Positions 8,576 to 14,934 are shown, counted from the first letter of the stretch. The stretch: 24,000 nt of DNA from an uncultured Eubacteriales bacterium (GCA_900547955.1 URIR01000017.1:14390-38389), one strand, 5' to 3'. Numbers and translations are program-made. Notes: generated by a model not told the origin, from the sequence alone.

Positions 8576-8839
8576 TTATTTTCTCAAATTGAGCTTTTCA
8601 ATTATTGTACGGTAGCGCTCTATATCTACTGATTTAAGATAGTTGAGCAAACCGCGGCGCCGTCCGACCATCATAAGCAGACCTCTGCGGGAATGGTGGT
8701 CCTTTTTATTTATCTTAAGATGCTCGTTAAGATGATTGATTCTGTCCGTCAGAATGGCTATCTGCACTTCGGGCGAACCGGTGTCTCCCTCGTGAAGCTT
8801 GTACTCCTGAATAATCTCCTGTTTTCTAGCTTTGTCCAT
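8576..8839 (-). CDS. rpsO: 30S ribosomal protein S15 (87 aa)
   Basis: [68 protein letters not shown] is canonical S15. AAGGAGG RBS (complement of 8848-8854) lies 8 nt before ATG 8839. The longer ORF start at 8893 is rejected. Confidence 0.96.
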   Translation of the reverse strand: MDKARKQEIIQEYKLHEGDTGSPEVQIAILTDRINHLNEHLKINKKDHHSRRGLLMMVGRRRGLLNYLKSVDIERYRTIIEKLNLRK

Positions 8840-8935
8840 AAATATGGCCTCCTTATAATTTATCCAACCGCCGCATACTGAGTATGCCGTCAAGGAGAGA
8901 CGGACACCCCGGCATCCGGCTGCGGAATTATTTTT

Positions 8936-8964
8936 ATTGTAGCATAGTATGCTCCTTTTGTAAA
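8936..8964 (-). promoter_or_regulatory. Candidate sigma-A promoter of rpsO(-pnp)
   Basis: Minus strand: TTTACA (8964-8959), 17-nt spacer, TACAAT (8941-8936). This predicts a ~90-nt leader. Confidence 0.55.
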
Positions 8965-9068
8965 CTAATTATTATCAATTTTGCCCCTTTAGGCCCTTTG
9001 AAGCGGTCGGATTAATAATACAGCCGGATATCCTCATTTAACCCGCTGGGATTAAACCGACTGCATTT

Positions 9069-9257
9069 CTAAGCGTCAGGTTTTCTCTTATGCGCCGCCG
9101 AACTCAAGATATTTTGTACCGACGTAGTCTTGCACATTATAATTTCTTTATCATCTCCAATAAAGAAGGTCAAACTGTCGCCGGCATTTATATCCAGCTC
9201 GCATCTTATTTTTACAGGAATCATAATTAAACCGTTCGCACAAATAGTTATCGTCAT
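9069..9257 (-). CDS. AbrB/MazE/SpoVT-fold DNA-binding mini-protein, paralog 1 (62 aa)
   Basis: MTITICANGLIMIPVKIRCELDINAGDSLTFFIGDDKEIIMCKT fits the swapped-hairpin AbrB-domain pattern (G-x-hydrophobic-x-I/L-P-x-x-I-R-x-x-L-x-I-x-x-G-D). Start is taken at ATG 9257, behind the conserved leader AATGAAAGAGGGATT (complement of 9262-9276). Confidence 0.75.
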   Translation of the reverse strand: MTITICANGLIMIPVKIRCELDINAGDSLTFFIGDDKEIIMCKTTSVQNILSSAAHKRKPDA

Positions 9258-9360
9258 TAATAATCCCTCTTTCATTATTTAATTTAATGTATTTATTCTG
9301 CAGAACAAAACTTTAGATACAAAATGTTAAGATAAATTTAAGCGGAAGCGGATAAAACTA

Positions 9361-9503
9361 TTCAGCTAAGGGCCGGCCTAGCGGGGCGGGGCGCGCCGTA
9401 GGGCAAGCTTTCAGCTTGCCCGGGCCGAGCCGGAACGGCTCGGCTACGCGGCCGCAGGCCGCGGACGGCGCGCCCCGCCCCGCTAGGCCGGCCCTTAGCT
9501 GAA
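9361..9503 (-). repeat. GC-rich multi-hairpin element, copy B (inverted orientation relative to A and C)
   Basis: A perfect 39-bp closing stem (9361-9399 pairs with 9465-9503) encloses three hairpins: 9401-9421, 9424-9444 and 9447-9463. The reverse complement of 9446-9464 is identical (19/19) to 11546-11564 of copy C and occupies the same position, directly after the 5' arm of the closing stem. 52 of 60 nt in 9421-9480 are G or C. Confidence 0.9.
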
Positions 9504-9736
9504 ACTCAAAATATTAAGCATTCTGCCCAATCGCCCAAGTAGCTTTTTCTATAATATATTAACAATTTTCTAACAAAATCAATCTTGCGACAATATTTTT
9601 AACTCTATGTCTATTATAAAATAAAGAATGCAAAATGCAATAGGAAGTTATGTTGTAATAATGTTTTAATTGAAATAGATATTACAATTTTGTATTTAAT
9701 ACAAAAATATTGTTGTCAATATATTTTTTATATAAG

Positions 9737-9907
9737 TTAAATTGGTAGTGCATTAATTACAGTCTGCACTTTTGACACTTTGCAAATTATTATCGCATCG
9801 TAATTTATAAAAAATGTCATCAAATCTCCCGCCTTAATATTTAAACGTTTCCTTATTGAAGCTGGAAGCATAATCCTGCCATTTTCATATATAGTAACAA
9901 GCTGCAT
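9737..9907 (-). CDS. AbrB/MazE/SpoVT-fold DNA-binding mini-protein, paralog 2 (56 aa)
   Basis: MQLVTIYENGRIMLPASIRKRLNIKAGDLMTFFINYDAIIICKV. Start is ATG 9907, preceded by the conserved leader AATGAAAGAGTGATT (complement of 9914-9928). Confidence 0.75.
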   Translation of the reverse strand: MQLVTIYENGRIMLPASIRKRLNIKAGDLMTFFINYDAIIICKVSKVQTVINALPI

Positions 9908-10169
9908 ATTAACAATCACTCTTTCATTGATAATTCAGCATAATTTATATATAAACTCTACTAATTCAATAATTTATTGATTATAAAATATATAAATACA
10001 TATTTTGACTATATATGATTTTTCAAAATATTATTTTTATATATTTTATAATTAAACAAATTTCTTTCTTATTTACATGTATTATAACTAACTGCCTTGA
10101 AAAATCAAGAGAAAAGAATGCAATAAATTATCGAATAAAATAGGCTTATACCATAATTTTGACACAAGC

Positions 10170-10628
10170 CTAAAAATCTGACTTTGATACATAAATAATA
10201 TGAATTTTTTTCTTTTGCGCATATTCCAGCGTGCCTGCCGCACCTCCCCAAGGATGCGTTATATATACTACAGCGCAGTCCGAAATGTTTACCAGATATT
10301 TATTTCTCTGCAGAATTGCTATCTTAGGATGATATCTTTCCAGCGCCGGATATATTATCTCGTCATACCGCTTCGCCTTATCTGGATCCACTTTAGGGTA
10401 TGGAGTAACCAGCACGCTTTTTATATCATGCTTTTTCTTCAATTCACACAACACTCCCGCGCACAAAGCGTCAAATTGTCCCATGCCCCCGTTATAAAAA
10501 ACTTTTGTCCCGTTTAATATAAGCTCTTTTACCGCACGATACACGCGCTCTTTAACAGCATTTTTATCATAAACAGTACTATGGCCTATAAAGAAGCAGC
10601 TTGCAAGTAAACTATTTCCCTTTTTCAT
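10170..10628 (-). CDS. SLOG-superfamily protein, DUF1273/YpsA-like (152 aa)
   Basis: The motif order matches DUF1273 proteins as I remember them: CFFIGHS (cf. CxFTGHR), NGGMGQFDALCAGVLCELKKK (cf. GxxxGxDxxAAexVLelK), LQRNKYLVNISDCAVVY (cf. RNxxMVDxSDxxiav) and GGAAGTLEYAQKKK (cf. GGTxxtvxyAkk). Start ATG 10628 has no clear SD and overlaps the upstream RHH gene by 17 nt. The alternative ATG is 10652. Confidence 0.75.
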   Translation of the reverse strand: MKKGNSLLASCFFIGHSTVYDKNAVKERVYRAVKELILNGTKVFYNGGMGQFDALCAGVLCELKKKHDIKSVLVTPYPKVDPDKAKRYDEIIYPALERYHPKIAILQRNKYLVNISDCAVVYITHPWGGAAGTLEYAQKKKIHIIYVSKSDF

Positions 10629-10788
10629 GATATATAAAACGTTCAATCGCATAATTATCTATATGCTTCTTTAATATATTATTTATATATTGGGAAAAAG
10701 AGCGTCCATCCAATTCCGACAGTTCTCTTATTTTTGTTATTATATCTTCATCCAAGGATATACTGACCTTCTGCTTTAGTACACGCAT
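10612..10788 (-). CDS. Ribbon-helix-helix (CopG/Arc/MetJ-type) DNA-binding protein (58 aa)
   Basis: MRVLKQKVSISLDEDIITKIRELSELDGRSFSQYINNILKKHI shows the beta-strand/helix/helix pattern of RHH proteins. GGAGGG RBS lies 7 nt before ATG 10788. The stop TAG (10614-10612) lies inside the SLOG gene start region. Confidence 0.8.
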   Translation of the reverse strand: MRVLKQKVSISLDEDIITKIRELSELDGRSFSQYINNILKKHIDNYAIERFIYHEKGK

Positions 10789-11233
10789 GAATACACCCTC
10801 CTGAATAATATAATAACATAATTTTAGTTTATATTGGATATAATACGACAAAGTAATACAAAATAATAAAAAGTAGTATGAAGTAATATACTATCTTACT
10901 TAATATATTTTATAAAATTAAATATCTGTGGAATAATGTTGCATAAATATATATTTATAATACAATTTTATATATAAATTTATTTTATTCTACTTTTAAT
11001 ATGAATATATATTGATTTCTACGTAATTTCCTATTGCAATTTATTTTAAATCTCTTATAATAGATACGGAAATAAGAAAATTGTTCTTATATAAATTGTT
11101 GTGGAATAATTAGGATTTTTGCTAGTTAAAATTTACATGTATGCTCAAATTGTGTTGTCCGATTATTCATAATTTAAATTGGCATAAAAAACTTATATAT
11201 ATACTAATTTAAATAATGAAAGAGTGATTTTTT

Positions 11234-11458
11234 ATGATACTTGTAACAATTTATGCTAACGGTCAGTTTATGATTCCCTTGCCAATCCGTCAGAGACTTA
11301 ATATTAAGCCTGGAGATTATCTGGCGTTTTTCATCAAAAACGATAAAGAGTTGGTCATGTGTAAAACCTCCGCTATTCAGGATGTTATCATGGCCAATTC
11401 TAAAAATACCATTCAATTTCCCGTAAAAGAGTCTATTAGCTCAAATTCGGGCGACTGA
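11234..11458 (+). CDS. AbrB/MazE/SpoVT-fold DNA-binding mini-protein, paralog 3 (74 aa)
   Basis: MILVTIYANGQFMIPLPIRQRLNIKPGDYLAFFIKNDKELVMCKT. Conserved leader AATGAAAGAGTGATT at 11215-11229. A possible promoter is TTGGCA-17 nt-TACTAA about 35 nt upstream (weak call). Confidence 0.78.
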   Translation: MILVTIYANGQFMIPLPIRQRLNIKPGDYLAFFIKNDKELVMCKTSAIQDVIMANSKNTIQFPVKESISSNSGD

Positions 11459-11476
11459 AAGCTCCAAAAGCTGCTT

Positions 11477-11674
11477 CGCGGGCCCGAAGGGCCCGCGGAC
11501 GCGCCGGATGCCGCGAAGCGGCATCCGGCGCCGGGGGGCGGCGTTCCGCGGCCTGCGGCCGCGTGGCCGGGCCCGTTTACGGGCCCGGCCCAGGGCAGGC
11601 TTCGCCTGCCCGAACGCCGCCCCCCCGGCGCATGGCCCGGCCGCAGGCCGGGCCATGCGCGCTGCGCAAGCGCA
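11477..11674 (+). repeat. GC-rich multi-hairpin element, copy C
   Basis: Extra hairpin at 11477-11497. H0 is 11501-11531 (14-bp stem). P1 is CGGGGGGCGGCGTT 11532-11545 paired with AACGCCGCCCCCCCG 11613-11627. Inner hairpins are 11547-11563, 11565-11590 and 11593-11611. H5 is 11628-11660 (15-bp stem). The element fills the whole convergent abrB3/ribF intergenic space. Confidence 0.9.
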
Positions 11675-11694
11675 AAAAAGCCGCCGCCCAAAAA

Positions 11695-12612
11695 TCAATT
11701 TTCCGCATTAACTCCTGATTTGATTCCACGTGTTGAAAGATACGCTCTTGCTATAAGCTCGTCCTGACAAAGCTGAGACGATAGCTCATCTTTAGAAGAA
11801 AATTTTCGCTCGGCCCTTATACGCTTTAAAAATGAGACGCGCATATCCTTACCGTAAAAATCTCCCGAGACGTCAAATAAAAAGGTCTCTATAGTAATAA
11901 CTCCAGTATCTGAAACAGTAGGGCGCACGCCTATATTAGTCATACCCTGATAATCCCGCCCGTTTATCCGAGCAGCCGTTACATATACACCCCGGGCCGG
12001 AACCAGCTTTTTATCAGAGTACTCAAGATTAGCGGTAGGAAAACCTAAAGTATGCCCCAGCTCCTGCCCTCGTGTCACTTTACCCGCAATAAAATAATTA
12101 TATCCCAGCATCTTTGCAGCAGCGTCTGCCTCCGAATCTAAAAGTCTATTTCGTATAAGCGTGCTGCTTATTCGCTCTCCGTCATCTGTCAGTATTGGTG
12201 GAATTATAAAGGTTTTATATCCATATTTATCTGCCAGGCGCACTATATCGCGCGGCGTACCCGACGCCCTGCAGCCAAACGTATGATTACTGCCTGCAAT
12301 AATCCCTCCCGCGTTAAAGCGCGCACAGATGTAAGCAATATATTCCTCCGGACTCATATTAGCCAGTATACTGTCAAACGTCAGCACCAGACATTCAAGA
12401 CCCGTATTTTTTAGCATGCTTATTCGCTCGTCATTTAAGGTAAGCAGCTTTATTTTTTTGCCCAATACTTCGCGCGGATGACAGTTGAAAGTAAGAATGC
12501 ACGGCTTCATATTCATCTGTCCGCCTATCCGCTTCGCTTGCCTGAATAATTCCTGATGCCCTCTATGCACTCCGTCAAACGTGCCCAGTACCAATATACT
12601 TTTTTTCTCCAT
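11695..12612 (-). CDS. ribF: Bifunctional riboflavin kinase / FMN adenylyltransferase (305 aa)
   Basis: LVLGTFDGVHRGHQEL (FAD synthetase nucleotidyltransferase motif). The C-terminal kinase half has GFPTANL and ETFLFDVSGDFYGKDMRVSFLKRIRAERKF. Confidence 0.95.
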   Translation of the reverse strand: MEKKSILVLGTFDGVHRGHQELFRQAKRIGGQMNMKPCILTFNCHPREVLGKKIKLLTLNDERISMLKNTGLECLVLTFDSILANMSPEEYIAYICARFNAGGIIAGSNHTFGCRASGTPRDIVRLADKYGYKTFIIPPILTDDGERISSTLIRNRLLDSEADAAAKMLGYNYFIAGKVTRGQELGHTLGFPTANLEYSDKKLVPARGVYVTAARINGRDYQGMTNIGVRPTVSDTGVITIETFLFDVSGDFYGKDMRVSFLKRIRAERKFSSKDELSSQLCQDELIARAYLSTRGIKSGVNAEN

Positions 12613-12650
12613 AACCTTATGGATGCTAATCCCCTTTCAGATACTAAAGC

Positions 12651-13616
12651 TCATCTAAGCAGACATAAAACCTTCAGCCTGCCTTGATTCATAACGCTAA
12701 GCGCGCTGAAAACGCCCTTAAAATATACGCGCGTCTTTTCCCCCTCGGCCAAGTCGACTGAAATATACATTTCAGGCGCCAATGGTACTCCATTTAAAAA
12801 TTGCTTTTCAAATTCCGGCTTAATATCGGCGCGTTTCAGACTGCTTAACGGCTCGTCCATAGGCCGCAGAAAAGAATTGTCTCCATTTTCAACCATATCC
12901 GCTATCTGAGCCAGGCTAAACGCATTTGCAATATCATAGCAGCCCGCGCGCGTGCGTACAAGCGAATACATATATCCGCCGGCGCCTAACGCGTCTCCTA
13001 GGTCCGCGCATATTGTACGAACATATGTGCCCTTAGAACAATGCACGCGCAAAATAAATTTATTTTTATCCGTCTGCTCCAAAAGCTCCAGCTTATAAAC
13101 CGTTACCCTGCGCGGCTTCCTTGTCACTTCCATTCCTGCACGCGCATATTCGTACAGCTTTTTACCGTCTATTTTTATAGCCGAATACATTGGCGGCATC
13201 TGCATAATTTCACCTGTAAAAGCCGGGATAGCCTTTAATATATCCTCTCTCTCTATTAAATGATTAGAATGAAATATAACCTTTCCTTCAGCGTCCTGCG
13301 TGTCGGTGCGCGCTCCTAATGCCAGTCCCGCGACATATACCTTATCCTTGTCCATTATGTAATCAGAGAGCCGCGTAGCCTTGCCGGCGCATATGGGCAG
13401 CACCCCCGTAGCCATTGGATCCAAAGTTCCGGTATGTCCGATTTTCTTCTGCTTAAGTATGCGCCGAAGCCGGGCTACAACATCGCTTGAAGTCATACCC
13501 GCCTCTTTATTTACATTTATAACGCCATTGTATCTATCCATGCATGCGCCGCTTTTCCCGCCGTCTGCACCGTCTGCATTCAAAACGGCTGACAAAACCT
13601 CCCCTTGATTAATCAT
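12651..13616 (-). CDS. truB: tRNA pseudouridine(55) synthase TruB
   Basis: GMTSSDVVARLRRILKQKKIGHTGTLDPMATGVLPICAGKATRL contains the catalytic GTLDP Asp motif. ATG 13616 overlaps the upstream stop as ATGA (coupling). The internal ATG 13541 (MDRYNGVINVNKEAGMTS) would give a more typical N-terminus, so the start is uncertain. Confidence 0.9.
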   Translation of the reverse strand: MINQGEVLSAVLNADGADGGKSGACMDRYNGVINVNKEAGMTSSDVVARLRRILKQKKIGHTGTLDPMATGVLPICAGKATRLSDYIMDKDKVYVAGLALGARTDTQDAEGKVIFHSNHLIEREDILKAIPAFTGEIMQMPPMYSAIKIDGKKLYEYARAGMEVTRKPRRVTVYKLELLEQTDKNKFILRVHCSKGTYVRTICADLGDALGAGGYMYSLVRTRAGCYDIANAFSLAQIADMVENGDNSFLRPMDEPLSSLKRADIKPEFEKQFLNGVPLAPEMYISVDLAEGEKTRVYFKGVFSALSVMNQGRLKVLCLLR

Positions 13617-14569
13617 TTAACCAGTCTCCCGGATATCATATCCGCAATCTGCCTTTTTGCCTCCTCCAGGCTACCGTTAATAACGCAGCCTGCCGCCATG
13701 CGGTGCCCGCCGCCGCTCAATAAAAGCGCAATTTCCGAAACATCCAGCCTTCCCGACGAGCGCAGGCTTACCTTATAGCCCTCCCCGCGCTGCCTTAAAA
13801 ATACCGCCGCTTCAACGCCCGCAACCTCCAGCGCATAATTCACTATGCCCTCGCTGTCCGCCTCGTGCGCGCCGCAAAGGTCGAAATCCCGCTGAGTAAG
13901 GGATATAATTGCAATTTTATTCTCACAGCAAAGCTCCAAACTGTTTAAAGCCCTGCCCAGCAGCCGGCTGGCGTTAAAGGTGCGCGTCCCAAAAAGCAGC
14001 TTGTTTATCCGAGCCGTGTCAAAGCCGGCGTCATAGAGCTGTGCGGCTATAAGCATAGTATCCCTGCCCACATCGCTGTGCGCAAAGCGGCCGGTATCAG
14101 TTAAAAACGCCGTATACAGGCATTCCGCTGTTTCTCCTTCTGCTTTCAAGCCCAATTCCATAAACAGTTCATACACGCACTGCGCCGTAGCAGGGCAGCT
14201 TTTTATATAATTTATATCTCCAAAGCCCTGATTGGTAACATGATGGTCTATAACCAGCTTTAACCGAGCGGCTGAAAAAAGCGGAGCATAAATTCCCAAA
14301 CGGCTTATATCCGCGCAGTCTACCGCTATAGCAGCGTCATACTCCTCCAATTCGGGCAGTTCCAGCAGCCTCCTTATACCTGAAATGTCGGATAATTGGC
14401 CAGGAAAAGCGCCCTCTCCTTTAAAAAAGCATCGCTTGCCCATATTTATAAGAGCAAGCGCTAAAGCGGCGGAGCTGCCAAGAGCATCGCCGTCCATATT
14501 TACATGTGCTGTTATAAGAAAAGATTCATTCTGTTCAATGGCCCGCGCAAGGCGTTTAAGCGCATTCAT
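13613..14569 (-). CDS. nrnA: DHH-family phosphoesterase, NrnA-like oligoribonuclease/pAp phosphatase (318 aa)
   Basis: DHH-family motifs in order: HVNMDGDALGS, VDCAD, IDHH, and GGGH near the C-terminus (DHHA1). The ATGA overlap with the rbfA stop is at 14566-14569. Confidence 0.8.
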   Translation of the reverse strand: MNALKRLARAIEQNESFLITAHVNMDGDALGSSAALALALINMGKRCFFKGEGAFPGQLSDISGIRRLLELPELEEYDAAIAVDCADISRLGIYAPLFSAARLKLVIDHHVTNQGFGDINYIKSCPATAQCVYELFMELGLKAEGETAECLYTAFLTDTGRFAHSDVGRDTMLIAAQLYDAGFDTARINKLLFGTRTFNASRLLGRALNSLELCCENKIAIISLTQRDFDLCGAHEADSEGIVNYALEVAGVEAAVFLRQRGEGYKVSLRSSGRLDVSEIALLLSGGGHRMAAGCVINGSLEEAKRQIADMISGRLVK

Positions 14570-14934
14570 TTTTTCTCCTCATCCGCATCTCCGGCGTTCA
14601 GGCTATCTATAAGCTCGCTTATATGAACGCTGTATTCTATGGAATCGTCGTATATAAATTTTAGCTCGGGCAGTTTGCGTATAGTTATCCGCTGCCCCAG
14701 GCAGCGCCTTATAAAGGGCGCCGCTTTTTTCAGCGCAGTTATTGCCTGCGCCTGTTCCTGACTATTGCCGTAAACCGAAATATACACCTTACATATATCC
14801 AAATCGGGCGTTACCTCGGCGCGCAGCACGCTGACCATACTGCTTGCGCGCGGGTCGCGCACGTCCTCGCGCAGTATCTGCGCCAGAGCGCGCTGTATTT
14901 CCGAGCCCAGCCGTTCCGTTCTCTGATTCCCCAT
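14566..14934 (-). CDS. rbfA: Ribosome-binding factor A (122 aa)
   Basis: RTERLGSEIQRALAQILREDVRDPR...VTPDLDICKVYISV is the typical RbfA KH-like core. AAGGAGA RBS 7 nt upstream. Confidence 0.93.
   Translation of the reverse strand: MGNQRTERLGSEIQRALAQILREDVRDPRASSMVSVLRAEVTPDLDICKVYISVYGNSQEQAQAITALKKAAPFIRRCLGQRITIRKLPELKFIYDDSIEYSVHISELIDSLNAGDADEEKK

Noticed and set aside
8840-8893. N-terminally extended versions of track ORFs (rpsO from 8893, mscL from 1357, rimP from 20383, ylxR from 18538, RHH from 10851, abrB1 from 9275, abrB2 from 9919)
   Set aside because: The longest-ORF starts lack RBSs and add residues absent from the conserved family N-termini. Internal starts with GGAGG-type RBSs were preferred.
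9262-9276. Conserved ATG inside the shared AbrB leader (AUG AAA GAG UGA) as a leader peptide
   Set aside because: It has only three codons, is followed by a stop in two copies, and is fused in frame in the third. It is in frame with the downstream start in paralogs 1 and 3 and out of frame in paralog 2. The conserved string is more simply the purine-rich SD region (AAAGAG[G/T]GA).
10015-10143. Small plus-strand ORF (about 42 aa, MIFQNIIFIYFIIKQISFLFTCIITNCLEKSREKNAINYRIK) resembling a type I toxin-like hydrophobic peptide
   Set aside because: It has no Shine-Dalgarno sequence. F/I/K/N-rich open frames arise by chance in ~10% G+C DNA. It is worth a look in Ribo-seq but is not supportable from sequence.
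10200-11416. ORF 10200..10517(+) antisense to the SLOG gene, and ORF 11204..11416(-) antisense to abrB paralog 3
   Set aside because: The opposite-strand genes carry clear family motifs and RBS or leader conservation. These shadows have neither.
9361-11674. Integron-like gene cassettes with attC sites (small genes plus imperfect palindromes)
   Set aside because: The palindromes are perfect and multi-branched, not attC-like bipartite R''-L''/L'-R' sites with extrahelical bases. There is no GTTRRRY-type core at the boundaries. No intI integrase is visible. The genes have their own long AT-rich upstream regions rather than being promoterless.
11413-11711. ORFs 11413..11691(-), 11441..11698(-), 11508..11711(+) (R/P/G/A-rich)
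   Set aside because: Same artefact over GC-rich element C. They overlap each other in multiple frames and overlap the ends of abrB3 and ribF.
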